64,000 bases of DNA. Origin: Paraspadella gotoi. Its lineage: Eukaryota > Animalia > Chaetognatha. The notes below the pieces were generated by a model. That model saw nothing but the letters and a program-made list of their open reading frames with translations. It was not told where the DNA came from and searched no databases. Where the stretch lies: assembly GCA_051294375.1 (NCBI GenBank), contig CM119267.1, positions 8,187,951 through 8,251,950 of the forward strand, written 5' to 3'. Shown piece by piece: positions 25,101 to 40,384 of this stretch; positions within the stretch are counted from its first letter, which is position 1; every line of letters begins with the position of its first letter. Both the position numbers and the translations under genes were made by a program.

Positions 25101-26733
25101 CTTCAAGGCTTCAGTGAATGTTTTAATTATATATTGTATATAAAGCTCTAACCTTTATTATGATCTCTCAACGCGCTCGTTCTTTTCGCTTTCGTTCTCG
25201 TCTCTCCTCCTTATTTCTCTCTTTTGTCTCGACGCTCGTTCTGAACACAAGGTGGTAAAACGGTGTTGAGAGCTCAGTTTTTTTTCCGCCACATTGAGAA
25301 GAAAACTTTAATGGACTTTAATGTCCCGGTTCATCACACGTGAATATTCTCAGAGGTAAAAATTCGTCACTCGTATTAAGTTTTCTCGATTATTCGTCTT
25401 CAAACGTTACGTATTTTTCAAACACAAAGATCAAAGTCCAATCTTTCTAATCTCAGTTCGACCGCTCCGGAGTTCGAAGTTAAAAAACAGAAGAGAGAGA
25501 GAGAGAGAGAGAGAGAGGAGAACGAGGGGAAAATTAAAAGAGAGAGAGAGAGAAGATGAGAGGAGAGAGAAATAGCGGAGAAAGGAAAGAATGAACTAGA
25601 AAGTGATTTTTTAATCGGCTTCCGATTCTGCTCTAGATGATTAACCGGCTTTTGGTTTATCTCACATATTCGTTTTTAGTACATCACTTTATGATTTAGT
25701 ATGATTTAAGTACTTTATAAAGAGAGGAAAAACCTTTTTACCTTCCTCCTGTTTCTGCCGCCGCCTTTCCTTTTTTTCTTCCCTCTTCATTCGTTTAACG
25801 ATTTCTCTGCGTCAATTCCTGTGTCCCAATTTGAAGGAAATATAAAATTAAGAAATTGGTAACTTCGCCGTCACATAGATCCTATTGTGGGTATGTAGGT
25901 TTGTATGTATCGGATGAGGTGATTAAAATAAGGATAAGACGATGAGGAGAGAGAGAGAGAGAGAGGCGAATACGAATACGAATTTCCTTTGTTCATTCTT
26001 TCGCCCTTCCTTCGTTATTATTTATTATTTATTTATTTTATCAATTTTGTTCATTATCCAAAATTTATTACCGTCAGCCGGCTTTCCAGTTTCTCCGACC
26101 TTCTTGGCACCAAGCTTCTGTCTCGAGGCTTTCATCTCTGAAATGGAGATAAGAATAAAAATAAAAATACTTCCAGAAGACGATATTAAAAAAACATTTC
26201 ATTACACATTGCGCACCTACTTCGGTTGCGATGATGTTTTTCGTTTTTCCGACCGTCGTCGCCGGCGGTTATCGTCGCTCTCGGTGTCTTCAATCGTGTC
26301 ACTTTCCATCTGATCGGCCCAACCTTCGTCTCCTTCTTATCCCCTCCTTTTTTTGCATTTTTTGGGCTACAATATCTTGGTCATCGTCGCTAAAATTGTC
26401 ATCGCTATTCTCGCTGTCGTAACTGTCCGCCTCCGGTCATCCCTTCGTTCGCTTGCTCGTTGAACCTCCTTTTGACTTTGTTGGCTGTTGTCGTCGTTAC
26501 TTCTTCAGATTCGGCAGCTTGGTCCTCATCAAGGCGGCTCGTGTTCGTCTGTCGGTCCTCGTTGTCGCTTCGTCCTCGTGTTGGCGTTGTCTGTGCGTTG
26601 GCGTCGTCGTCAATGCGCTCCTCTGGATTTGAAAGTCGATTATCCGGTTTACCCTTGTATCCCGGTGGACGTGGCTCGTCACGGCATCATAGCGATCATC
26701 TGCCTCTTCAATGACGTTCCGAGATCTCTCTCG
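17966..26733. repeat. Copy 1 of the triplicated segment (most error-rich)
   Basis: Starts aacggctggtccattcatg as at 26759; ends within the mucin exon (equivalent to ~35860 and ~45295) at a 25-N gap. Confidence 0.9.
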
Positions 26734-26758
26734 NNNNNNNNNNNNNNNNNNNNNNNNN

Positions 26759-29700
26759 AACGGCTGGTCCATTCATGTTCCACGTTTGCATACAAAGTGA
26801 GACAATCAAATTAAAAAAATGACGTTTCGTCATCGTCAACTCACCAAGCCCCCTTCACAATTCTATCACACAAAACCTCACAACTGTGCCGACGATGAAG
26901 ACGACGACGTTAACAGCGTGAAAGAATAGAGTGTGAGAGACGTCGCCGACGGTGACAGAACGAAGATGTGACGTCGCGTGAGCGACTTTGTTTGCGTTAA
27001 TTCGAGGGATTTTCTTTCTGAGGAGCGCGTTCAGTGAACGTTCACCTTTGGCGTTTGAGAGGGATCTTCGGAGTTTGGTGAGATTGGGATGCAGGTGTAA
27101 GGTACAAGGTGTAAGGAGATGCAAGGAGCTGAAACGGGTGGCGACAGGTGGCGCGGATGGAGCATTCGGATTTGAACAGGATACTAACTTTGACAACGAA
27201 CCTGAGGCGGAACTGAGGAGAAATACATAATTATATGTATATATATTATATATATAATAATAATATTAATAAAGACCGTTTTTAATATTTTCTCGAAAAA
27301 GTACGAAACGCGTTTCAATTATTTATGCTTTACAGTTGCGATGGTAGTTGCGATGGTAGTTGCGTTAGTGGTGGTTCGCAGTGGTGGTTTCGATGGTGGT
27401 GTTTGCAGTGGTGATTTCGATGGTGACGTGCCGAGGTCAAAGTTCAACGATCGCGGGAGGATATCCCTGGATTTGCGTCTTCGATGTTTGGAGGCAAACG
27501 ATTTTTCGGAGCTAACCACACTTCGGTCCTCGTTTTCGTCGTCGTCGTCATCGACGATAATCGTCATGGTGATGACCAACCTCTTTGCAAATTTAAAATT
27601 TGAAAAAATTAATTAATGGGTAGATATAACATTATAAGGCAGAATCAGATATCCAGAATCGATAAATTAAAAAATTTACGCATATCAATTTAAGTTCATC
27701 GGATCCGAAGACAAACACGACACTCGACGACGACGACAGTCGACGTTTGAAAATCGCACTTGGCAAATATGAAAACTATTTGTTTCAATTTCTCTTCTTC
27801 ATTTATTGTTTCGCTGTTAATACAAATAACCCCTCGTTTTCGAAGTGTTAGAACTAAGAGCAGGTGGGCGCGGTGAGTAATGAAGTGGGTAATGTTTTAT
27901 GGGGGTCAGCAAAGCGATCGGCGAGCTGGCAGCAAACCGATCTTAGAACTAGCGTTTGGACTGATATGGATAGGTCGGGTTTAAGAATTTAATTTGGTTG
28001 AAAAACGAAGGGAATAATATTCCATTTTGATTTAAATTACGGGTCACGTGGGGGTCAGATACACTGTATTAAGTTACAATGGACGTCAACAATACATTTT
28101 CAAAACTCAATGCAAGTAAAACAACTTTATGTCCTTTTTTAACAGCAGTAAAATGTAAACTAGTTTATATGATTTGTCACCCATAATTTCATCAACACTT
28201 TATTTAAAAAGGATGAACGGAATATTTCTCGCTACATTTCTGATTGAATTGATCTAATTTATCGAATTAATTGTCTCATTTTAAAAACTCACTCTGTCTT
28301 TCTCGAGTCCCTTTTTTCTTTCTAAATTTTGTTTTTGTCCAGATATTCAAACTCTCGCAACTCAAAAAGTTTTAGTTTGTTGATCATTTCGTATAAACAA
28401 TTTTTTTCCCCTCTGTCCTTCCTTTTCCCGGCTTTTTTTTTATCGCTCGTTTACATCTCTTTTCTTTCTTTAAGTCAGAATCTCGTCACCCGGATTTCTT
28501 CCGACTGCTCTTCCCAAGCAGCTGAGTCAAGCTTTGCTTCCGCAGCCTCATAAACCTTGCAATCGCTTTTTCTCCGCGCGCACTTTTTTTTTTCTGACGC
28601 CATTTTTTTTTTTCGTATGCTGAGATTAGACAGACTGAATCTCCGAATGAAAACAAAAAATCTTGAATTTTTCGCTTTTATATCTTCTTTTCTCGTTGTT
28701 AAGGGACCAAGTGAACAGGGGGGTAAAAAGCTGAAAACATAACGTTTGACCCTTTACTTAAGCTGGTTCTGATTATATAATTTTTTCTTCTATAATCATT
28801 TGGGAAGGTAGTTAAAAAAATTCGATAAAATCAGCGAGCTTAATTTTCTTTAAAAAAATCGGTAAGAAGAAAATCTTTTTCAAGTTTAAAATTTTTTTTT
28901 CCAAAAAGGGTAAGATCTAATTTTAAAAAGATTTTCAGCTTTATCACAAAAATTTATAAGAAAAAACTAGGAATGAATCAAAATTTAAGGTATCAACTGA
29001 TTTTATTTAAACTTTCTTTTCAAATGATTCTGTTAATTGATGAAAATAAAACTCTTTGAAGTAATATAAATATAAAAAAAAGAGAAAGATTCTGTACTTT
29101 TGCTAAATTTTAATTGTTATAATTAGGAATCAATATAGTTTAATTATACATTTAAGGGATGAATATGAATATTAATTAATAATTATTACAGATTTGTTTC
29201 TGTAAGAATAGAATTAGGTTTGATTTGTCTGCTTTTAAGTAAATATAAAAATATAAAAATATTAGTCTTGTAAAGCCTTTGTTCAATGAGGCTTAAACCT
29301 AAAATTATAGCTTTGTACAGTAAAAAATAAAAAATTGAAATTTAGTAAAAAATACTTTCTAATGCAAAAATAGAAATAATGGATTATATAAATATTTAGG
29401 CAGGGTCAACTAAATTTTTTTTCATAATTATTAAATTTTTGTTTCCGCTACAATAAGAGATAGGAATTTTTTTGCCACTTTCCCGTGCAAAGAAAAATTA
29501 ATGACTATCACCATTCAATTCCTTTGATGATAGACCCTTAAGCTTATGATATCATTTTTATCACTGGGTCCCCTTAAGTAAATAAGGAAAAAAAAAGAAT
29601 AAGAGAAAAACTCTGTGTGACAAAAAATGTATACGTTGTTTTGCTAGATAGTTCGTTGAATTGAAATGAAAGGTTGGTTTTCTTTAAAAGAATTTACAAT

Positions 29701-30235
29701 TATAAAGTTATTTAAAGAACCTAACGGTCGTTTTTTTTTTTTATCATCACTAGTCAACTGAGGTGAAACGAACAAATGTCCATAATTCTACAAATTGGGT
29801 CTCTATATTTCCGTAAATTAAGGAGACCTCCATCGCATGAAATACATTTCCTCTCTGTCATTCTTTAACCTCTAACCTAATTCTCTCCCCCCCACCCCGG
29901 CCAAAACTCACTTTCCTACCCCCCCTTAGCTATCAGTCTCAGGTGTTTTTTAGTTTCTCTAATCATTTGTGACGTCATCGTCTCCCGAGCCCGAGACCGG
30001 CGAGGCCCACGAAGCGAGTCCCACCGCAGATTTTCTTTTGTCCCATTCTCCCTCTCCTCTTTCGCTTTCTTTATTTCTTCTTTGTCTCTTTCTCTGTGTC
30101 TCCTTGTCTTTGCCTCTGTCTCTTTCTCTCCTCTCTCTCTCTCTTTTCCTCACCTCTCTCTCTCTCTGTCTCCTCAATTTTTTTCATTCCCTTTTTTATT
30201 TTTTCATTTCGTTTGCTTCCGTGCTTTCTATTCTT

Positions 30236-30317
<82 letters not shown>

Positions 30318-33300
30318 CTCTCTCCCTCACCCTCCTCCATTTCCCACTGGCTGGCTTTTTTTCCATTTCAATTTTCTCTCTCTGTTGGATAGAAATTAAG
30401 GATATGCCAAAGAGGCGACAAATTCCGTTTGAATGGCAAATACTCCACCTTGATTTCGATGGAAACAACGAAATTTTTTTCATAGAATTTTATTTTTTTG
30501 TTTTGGAATTTGGGAAAGAAAAAGAAATAGACGTAGGCTATTTAGAAACTAAACTTAGCAGTACAGTATGTTTTTCAAATTTATTAATAATCGAAGATTT
30601 TTTACCGAATTCCATCCTTCATTTTTAGCATAAACGAGACAAAATTAAAGTTGATTTTCGTAGAGATGAAAATTTTCTATCATTCTGATTATAATTACGA
30701 TTATTGTTAAGCTCTAAAACTTATGATTTCCTTTTTTCGTGTTGTAAAAGGAATTGCGGTATAAGAGCCTTTAATAAAAAAATGTAATAATGGAATAATT
30801 GAATAGGACAAATGGTCAAAGTTTCGGACGGAAAACGTTTGTGCGTCTATGAGAGATTCAAAAAGACGAGGGCACAATACGGCCCTCCCTTTCCTCTTAT
30901 AGGCTAATACATACCGGTCACGACTCCATCCAAGCCGACCCCATCGAATTACCCCAGCGTCCAAACTCGCACATTCTGTTCCGCCCATTTTGTCTGCCTC
31001 CAACACGAGGAAGGACGATGAAAGGAGAAGAAGACAGGGAAAGGGAACGGAAGATTTCTGCCTCCCTCGACCTGCCGCGGAGCCTTCCGTCGTCGTCGTC
31101 GTCGTCGTCGTCGAACTCCATGCGTGCACCATGGTGAGAAGAAAATGCGGCGAAATCCAAAGAGATCCAAATGACGCAAAACAAAATGACTGGGACCCAT
31201 AAAATGGCTTGTAACCATCGTTCATTGAGTGGGTAAGGAAGAGAGAGAGAGAGATGAGAGAGAAGAAAGATGAGAGAGAGAGACGACGAAGAAGAAGAGA
31301 GAGAGGAGAGGACGTGAGAGACAAGAGAGAGAGGCGAGAAAAAGATTTAAACCAGAGAGCAAGAGAAACATTAAAGATGGTCGGAAGAGAAGACATTAAC
31401 AACTGTAAAGACAATAATTTTAAAGATGTTCAACGATAAAGCGTTGATAAATTTCATTGGTCAACTGCTTTCTGTCTTCTCAGACTCATTATTTATCTCT
31501 GTTCGAAAAATAACTTCTCAACCCGTTCAGCTCTTCAACACACACGAAACTTTGTATTCATAAGGTTCATAAAAACAATGTCCACACGAATTTCTGTTGG
31601 CAAGAATGAAAAACGGAATAATCGAAACCAATTAAATCGTGTAAAAAAAATCATTTCCCTTTCGTCTTACATTCCTTTCGTTTCTCGCGCTCGCTGTCTC
31701 CACGCCATAAGCGGCGCCAATTCCGGCGCGGAAGTTGCTCATCCACGCCCAAACGCGTTGGCTCCTCTTCTTTGCTCGAGGAGCGGTGTCCCTCACGCCG
31801 AACGCTTCCTCCGTCTCTGGCTTTTCTTCATCGAAGATGTTTTTCCCCCATCTTGATCTCTACCTCCCTCTCGATCTCTGCTCCCCACAGCTTCTTTTCT
31901 TCCGACTCTTTCTCCTCGCCTCCTCACCCCGCTCCTCCTCCTCCTTCCTGACAGCCCCGCACATGCCGAAGCGAAGCGTGCGAGGACGACGGCCGAAGCC
32001 CGATGAGGATGACGAGAGCGACGTCCAGAAGAGGGCCACCTCAACTCCACCTTCCGGAGGAAAATTCATTAACCTTCGCTTAACTTCCAACCTTGACTTT
32101 CACTAAATTTCTCCTCAGAAATTAAAATATAAAATTCTGATTCACTTCTTCTCTCGTCAACTTTGCTACTAGTCCATTGCCCATATCATCACAACATTTC
32201 TCTTATCTCTTTATCTCCTCTTTTTTTTTTCCACGCAGATACTCACTTTCCTCTGCTCCTCCTGACTTCGTGAATCCATCTTCTTCAAGTCTTGCTTCCT
32301 CTTCGACGATTTTTCTTCGCCCCCGTCATCTCCATCGTCGTATCGTTTCTTGTCTCAGTTGAGTTGGCAGCGGTCTTTTCTTTTCCCCAGCAAGGTGGAC
32401 ACGTTTGATCCGAACTCTTGCCGCTGCGCTTGAATCTCCCAAAGTCGTCGAGGTAGTCTGAACTGCCACTTCCCTTTCTTCTCGACCGGTCTCGACGGCC
32501 CACTCGTTTCATGAGCTTTCGTCGTCATTGTCGTTTCTTTCTTCGGCGCCATCTTGGTCTTCGTTGTCGTCAGCTTCGATGACGAGCTTGACTTCTGAAC
32601 CATCGTCGTCTTTGTCATCTTCGTCGTCGGTTTCACGGTCGTCGCTGCTCGAACTGGACGCAGGCTTTGCCACGTGCTCGACCTCGCTTTGATCCGGGCG
32701 TAGACTTCAGCGTAGAGATCTCATTTCTCGAATCCTTATTTGTTTTCCCAGCGACTTCCGACCGTGACGTCAAGACCAGGAGGCGTAGTCGTCCGGCGCG
32801 GGAAGGCGGCGGCTGCGGCGGAGTCGAAGTCGGCTGCGGCGAGCGTTCGCTCTCTTGACTTAGAGGTGAATGAGTTGAATTTTCGACGTCGAATCCTTGT
32901 CCGTCATGGTTCCTTTGTTGTCGATTTAAACCAAATAAGACTTAACACGGTTACCTTTACATTATTTTTTACATTTTACTTTAAAATAATACATTTTCTG
33001 ATTTAGAGTGCCCATTTAGATTTTTTTCGGTTATTAGGAAAAAAAAAAGGTTTTTTCAAATTTTCACTCGTCAAATTTTGTTTTCGCTAAGCCAAAATGT
33101 GTTAAAAATTTTAAATCAAAACACGGAAAATGAATGATCTCAATGTAGAAGTTGTAATTTAAACAATTCAATGGTAGAAGTGTGATGAACACGATAATCC
33201 GTAACGAATTTGAATGAAGCTTTAGACTCTTTCGTTATGGGTCGGCATCGCCGTAACACTGCGGCAATGCGGTTGACATCATTTGTATTAAATTATGTAA

Positions 33301-34626
33301 TTCATATAATATATTTACGTTATTTAACAAAAATGTAGTTAAAGAAATTCTTGAACCAAAAATGTCAAAAAATTCCACTCAGTGATATCGAAGTACTAAA
33401 AGAATCAGCAATATCAAGGTGTGCACGCTGAGACAATATATGTGTATGCTCAACAAACAATTTATGGTTTATCACTTATCTGTTAATTATTATGTAAAAT
33501 AACTGTGTAACGCAAATAATTTGCTCTCTATCTACGTGACCGCATTTCAACGTGCTTACGTGAATAAAGGTAAGAGTATGAGACATTAGCACAAAATGGT
33601 ATAATGATACCTCATGTCTATACCAAGTATCAACTAAAATGAAGTAAGTACTTACTATAATAATACAGTAATACTAAGAGATGATCATTTATAACAAAGT
33701 GGACAGACCGATAGACAACCAGACGACAACTGACACCAATTTTCGCATTGAGTTGCTTCGCGAGTACTCGCTGAGCAACTAAAAATACACGTTAACATTT
33801 TTTGGCAAAAAAATGAAATGACGTCAACCGCATGACGTTTAAGCGAGATCTTTGGAGAGGACGTAAATGACTCCGCCAAGAATGAGTATGGCCGCGACGA
33901 GATAAATCGCCGTTTCCCATTTCTGATGACAAAAAAAAAGGAAATGGTAAGGAGTAGCGGAATAAGAGGCAACTTGAGATCGAAACTCACCCAAGCCGGA
34001 TTCCACACTTCCACCTTGGTAGTCGAGTTGGCAGGAACGCCTGAAAATTTTTGAAGAATTGAATCACAAAGTAGAGATTTATTCATGACCAGACCATAAT
34101 GAGCTGCCAGCGAGAAATTTTGCCTGGCATTCGGGAATGCTGCTACAACTGGGTAAATCGGCCTCTCAGGACATAATTCTTCGCATACAATCTTTAATTG
34201 GGTCCGTCAAAAATCGAATTCGTATCGAATGAAAAATTGTTCTCTCAAGGCTTCAGTGAAATGTTTTATATTATATATTGTATATTAAAGCTCTAACCTT
34301 ATTATGATCTCTCAACGCGCTCGTTCTTTTCGCTTTCGTTCTCGTCTCTCCTCCTTAGTTTCTCTCTTTTGTCTCGACGCTCGTTCTGAACACAAGGTGG
34401 TAAAACCGAGTGTTGAGAGCTCAGTCTTTTTTCCGCACATTTGAGAAGAAAACTTTAATGACTTTAATGGTCCCGGTTCATCACACTGAATATTCTTCAG
34501 GGTAAAAATTCGTCACTCGTACTTAAGTTTTCTCGATTATTCGTCTTCAAACGTTACGTATTTTCAAACAAAAGATCAAAGTCCAATCTTTCTAATCTCA
34601 GTTCGACCGCTCGAGTTCGAAGTTAA

Positions 34627-34668
<42 letters not shown>

Positions 34669-37587
34669 GGGGAAAATTAAAAGAGAGAGAGAGAGAGAAG
34701 AGAGAGAGAAGAGAGAAATAGCGAGAAATAGCGAGAAAGAATGAACTAGAAAGTGATTTTTTAATCGGCTTCGATTCTGCATCTAGATGATTAACCGGCT
34801 TTTGGTTATCTCTACTATTTCGTTTTTTAGTACATCACTTTATGATTTTAGTATGATTTAAGTACTTTATAAAGAGAGAAAAACCTTTTTACCTTCCTCC
34901 TGTTCTGCGCCGCCTTTCCTTTTTCTTCTTCCCTCTTCATTTCGTTTAACGATTTCTCTGCGTCAATTCCTGTGTCAATTTGAAGAAAAATATAAAATTA
35001 AGAAATTGGTAACTTCGCCGTCACATAGAATCCTATGTGGGTATGTAGGTTTGTATGTATCGGATGAGGTGATTAAATACAGGATAAACGTGGGAGAGAG
35101 AGAGAGAGAGAGGCGAATACGAATACGAATTTCCTTTGTTCATTCTTTCGTTCCTTCGTTATTATTTATTATTTATTTATTTATCAATTTTGTTCATTAT
35201 CCAAAATTTATTACCGTCAGCCGCTTTCCAGTTTCTCCGACCTTCTTGGCACCAAGCTTCTGTCTCGAGGCTTTCATCTCTGAAATGGAGATAAGAATAA
35301 AACATAAAAATACTTCCAGAAGCGATATTAAAAAAACATTTCATTAACATTGCGCAACCTACTTCGGTTGCGATGATGTTTTTTCGTTTTTCCGACCGTC
35401 GTCGCCGGCGTTATCGTCGCTCTCGGTGTCTTCAACGTCGTCACTTTCCATCTGATCGGCCTCAACCTTCGTCTCCTTCTTATCCTCCTCCTTTTTTGGC
35501 ATTTTTTGGGCTACAATATCTTGTCATCGTCGCTAAAATTGTCATCGCTATTCTCGCTGTCGTAACTGTCCGCCTCCCGGTCATCTCTTCGTTCGCTGCT
35601 CGTTGAACTCCTTTTGACTTTGTTGGTGTTGTCGTCGTTACTTCTTCAGATTCGCAGCTTGGTCCTCATCAACGGCGGCTCGTTGTTCGTTGTCGTCCTC
35701 GTTGTCGCTTCGTCCTCGGTGTTGGCGTTGTCTGTGCTGGCGTCGTCGTCAATGGCTCCTCTGGATTTGAAAGTCGATTATCCGGTTTACCCTTGTATCC
35801 CGGTGGACGTGGCTCGTCCACGGCATCATAGCGATCATCTGCCTCTTCAATGACGTCCGAGTATTCGGTTGTTGTTGGTGGCTTTCGCACGGGCGCCGTT
35901 TCACCAGGCGGAGCTGGATATCCCGGAGCTTCCGTTACTCCGGTTCAGTCTGTATTATGGTCGAGGGCCAGGTGTCACCCTTTTGCAGCTCAGCAATTCA
36001 GTGGTCGTCTTGGAGCCTCGAGAGTGGTGGTTTTCTTCAGTCATTGTTGTTGTTGTTGTTGTTGTTTTTTTTCGTTGTCGGCCTCATCGTTTCATTGGAT
36101 TAGGTTTAGTTGTAGCCTCAGTCTGCAAAATCGTCGTTGTAATTGTGGGCTTTGTTTCATTTCGCGTTGCAGCTGCTGCTGGAGTCACCTTTGAAGTCCG
36201 TTAGCAGCACCCCCACACCATTTCTGTTTTCATTTCCAGACCCACCATTTGCAAGTCCCGTTTTTCGCTCCAGCATTGGAGACAAAGTTGATGGTGTCAC
36301 TAGCGTGGACGCTCTGCTAAAGTAGTTGCTGCAGCGACGGTTGCAGTTGTTGCCGCAGCCATCGTAGAACTCCTGGCACATTTGTTGCCGCTGCCAATGT
36401 TGTAACGGCTGCAGGCGTTGCGCTGGAGTAAATGTTGTTCCTCCTGCCACAGTTGTTGCAGCGCAGTAGTTACTTCCGTAATTGTTGAAAGCCACAGTTG
36501 TAACAATTGTCGTAGAGGTTGCTTCTGTCTCTGACGTAGTTGCTCTTCAGTTGTGTTTGAGGAGTTATTGCTGGTTCTGTAGGTGTGGTCGTTCCGGGGG
36601 TTGGTGCAGGGTCCGTAGTTGCTGCCATCGCATGGCCACTTCGTCCGACTGACCATCCATGAATCCTCGATCGTTCATTTTTTGAGGCACTTTGTCTTGA
36701 GTTCAAAGGATAAGAAAAGAATATAAATAAAAATCAAGTTTAGAGAGCATACTATACTTTAAAAATTTTTAATTAGTCGAGACTGCTTACTGCATAACGA
36801 CTCTATATTTCACTTTGTCGGTTGTTCGTCCACCCAACCACCAAAACTGTGTTCACCGTTACAACATTAATAACTACTAAAATAATAACAGCAATAGCAA
36901 CTACAACAATAAAATAACAACTACCACAGCCACAACGGCAACAAAACTACAGGTAGGTCTACAAAATATGTAAAAATTCGTTTGTTCTAATTTTTTATTT
37001 CGTTGAAAGTAAAAAAAAATAATTTTAAAATGGTTTACAACAACGACGTTTTTATTTCTAAAATTCGAATTAAAAACACAAGTAAGCAGATACTAATCTG
37101 CTTAAGATTTTCTCTATGGTTGACTGACACAGTCAGGTTGATTTGAATCTGTCTATAATTTTTTTTTAAGAAAAAAAAAAGACCAATGCTAAAGAAAATT
37201 TGAATTCAATTTGATGTCAATTTTTTGTGTTTTCGGTGACTATACAAAGCTAAGACAACAGAGACTTACAAATGTTTGAGAAAAACGACAAGTGATGAAA
37301 AAAGTATTATTTACTGCATGATCCGATTTGTATTGTCGCGCAATATGGACATCGTTTTGAAAGCTAAGATCAAGTAATTTTAAACAGTTCTTTTTATTCT
37401 AAATTAACCATTTTCGGTAGTTACGCCTAAATTATAGCTAGAAAAGATCTGGATCTTCTGAATGACAACAACAATACTTTTACAATAACAAAAACGAAAG
37501 AGACCACTCCAAAAATTAAATGCCCAAAAAAATCAATAAAAATTATATAAATAAATTGATATCCATACATCAAAAAGAACAAAATTG
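26759..37587. repeat. Copy 2 of the triplicated segment
   Basis: Bounded by 25-N gaps at both ends; its end matches ~47047; holds frameshifted copies of the exons at 41-46 kb. Confidence 0.9.
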
Positions 37588-37887
37588 NNNNNNNNNNNNN
37601 NNNNNNNNNNNNGAACGGAATATTTCTCGCTACATTTCTGATTGAATTGATCTAATTTATCGAATTAATTGTCTCATTTTAAAAACTCACTCTGTCTTTC
37701 TCGAGTCCCTTTTTTCTTTTAAATTTTGTTTTTGTCCAGATATTCAAACTCTCGCAACTCAAAAAGTTTTAGTTTGTTGATCATTTCGTATAAAAACAAT
37801 TTTTTCCCCTCTGTCCTTCCTTTTCCCGGCTTTTTTTTTTATCGCTGTTTACATCTCTTTTCTTTCTTTAAGTCAGAATCTCGTCAC

Positions 37888-38016
37888 CCGGATTTCTTCC
37901 CGACTGCTCTTCCCAAGCAGCTGAGTCCAAGCTTTGCTTCCGCAGCCTCATAAACCTTGCAATCGCTTTTCTCCGCGCGCACTTTTTTTTTTCTGACGCC
38001 ATTTTTTTTTTCGTAG
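37888..38016 (-). CDS. Candidate phase 1-1 exon of a second minus-strand gene (basic, unknown function)
   Basis: aatctcag|CT...CCG G|gtgacg, 129 nt, TKKKMASEKKKCARRKAIARFMRLRKQSLDSAAWEEQSGRNPG. Confidence 0.3.
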
Positions 38017-39661
38017 CTGAGATTAGACAGACTGAATCTCCGAATGAAAACAAAAAATCTTGAATTTTTCGCTTTTATATCTTCTTTTTCTCCTTGGTAA
38101 GTGGACCAAGTGAACAGGGGGGTAAAGAATGCTTAAAACATAACGTTTGACCCCTTTAACTTAAGCTGGTTCTGATTATATAATTTTTTTTTCCTATAAT
38201 CATTTGGGAAGGTAGTTATTAAAAAATTTCGATATAAATCAGCGAGCTTAATTTTCTTTAAGAAAAATCGGTAAGAAAGAAAATCTTTTTTCAAGTTTAA
38301 AATTTTTTTTTCCAAAAAAGGGTAAGATCTAATTTTAAAAAAGATTTTCAGCTTTTATCACAAAATTTTATAAGAAAAAAACTAGGAATGAATCAAAATT
38401 TAAGGTATCAACTGATTTTATTTTAAACTTTCTTTTCAAATGATTCTGTTAATTGGATGAAAATAAAACTCTTTGAAGTAATATAAATATAAAAAGAAGA
38501 GAAAGATTCTGTACTTTTGCTAAATTTTTAATTGTTATAATTAGGAATCAATATAGTTTAATTATACATTTAGGGATGAATATGAATATTAATTAAAATT
38601 TATTACAGTATTTGTTTCTGTAAGAAATAGAATTTAGGTTTGATTTGTCTGCTTTTAAGTAAATATAAAAATATAAAAATATTAGTCTTGTAAAGCCTTT
38701 GTGTTCAATGAGGCTTAAACCTAAAATTATAGCTTTGTACAGTAAAAAATAAAAAATTGAAATTTAGTAAAAAATACTTTCTAATGCAAAAATAAAATAA
38801 TGGATTATATAAATATTTAGGCAGGGTCAACTAAATTTTTTTTTCATAATTATTAAATTTTTGTTTCCGCTACAATAAGAGATAGGAATTTTTTTGCCAC
38901 TTTCCCGTGCAAAGAAAAATTAATGACTATCACCATTCAAATTCCTTTGATGATAGACCCTTAAGCTTATGATTCATTTTTATCACTGGGTCCCCTTAAG
39001 TAAATAAGGAAAAAAAAGAAGATAAGAGAAAAACTCTTGTTGACAAAAATGTATACGTTGTTTGCTAGATAGTTCGTTGAATGAAATGAAAGGTTGGTTT
39101 TCTTTAAAAGAATTTACAATTATAAAGTTATTTAAAGAACCTAACGGTTTTTTTTTTTTTATCATCACTAGTCAACTGAGGTGAAAACGAACAAATGTCC
39201 ATAATTCTACAAATGGTCTCTATATTTCCGTAAATTAAGGAGACCTCCATCGCATGAAATACATTTCCTCTCTGTCATTCTTTAACCCTCTAACCCTAAT
39301 TCTCTCCCCCCCCACCTCCGACCAAAACTCACTTTCCTACCCCCCCCCCTAGCCCCTATCAGTCTCAGGTGTTTTTTAGTTTCTCTAATCATTTGTGACG
39401 TCATCGTCTCCCGAGCCCGAGACCGGCGAGGCCCACGAAGCGAGTCCCACCGCAGATTTCTTTTGTCCCATTCTCCCTCTCCTCTTTCGCTTTCTTTATT
39501 TCTTCCTTTGTCTCTTTCTCTGTGTCTCCTTGTCTTTGCCTCTGTCTCTTTCTCTCCCTCTCTCTCTCTTTTTCTCACCCTCTCTCTCTCTCTGTCTCCC
39601 TCAATTTTTTTCATTCCCTTTTTATTTTTTTCATTTCGTTTGCTTCCTGCTTTCTATTCTT

Positions 39662-39751
<90 letters not shown>

Positions 39752-40384
39752 TCTCTCTCCCTCACCCTCCTCCATTTCCCACTGGCTGGGCTTTTTTTTC
39801 CATTTCAATTTTCTCTCTCTGTTGGATAGAAATTAAGGATATGCCAAAGAGGCGACAAATTCCTTTGAATGGCAAATACTCCACCTGATTTCCGATGGAA
39901 ACAACGAAATTTTTTTCATAGAATTTTATTTTTTTGTTTTGGAATTTGGGAAAGAAAAAAGAAATAGACGTAGGCTATTTAGAAAATAAACTTAGCAGTA
40001 CAGTATGTTTTTCAAATTTATTAATAATCGAAGATTTTTTAACGAATTTATCTTCATTTTTAGCAAAAAAGAGGACAAAATTAAAGTTGATTTTAGTAGA
40101 GATGAAAATTTTTATCATTCTGATTATAATTACGATTATTGTTAAAGTTAAAACTATGATTCCTTTTTTTGTTTGTAAAAGGATATTTTGCGGTTAAAGC
40201 CTTAATAAAAAAAATGTAATAAATGGAATAATTGAATAAGACAAATGGTCAAAGTTTCGACGAAACTTTCGTCTATGAGAGAATTCAAAAAGAGAGCACA
40301 ATACGGCCTCCCTTCCTCTTATAGGCAACATTCCGGTCACACTCCATCAAGCCACCCCATCGATTCCCCAGCGTCCAAACTCAC

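Noticed and set aside
22500-36720. Frameshifted mucin and TM exons as paralogous pseudogenes
   Set aside because: Differences from copy 3 are mostly single-base indels and the copies end at 25-N gaps, so assembly redundancy is the simpler explanation.
20888-39888. SLSLSL / RERERE ORFs at ~21, 30 and 39.5 kb
   Set aside because: Microsatellite translations repeated in each duplicated copy.
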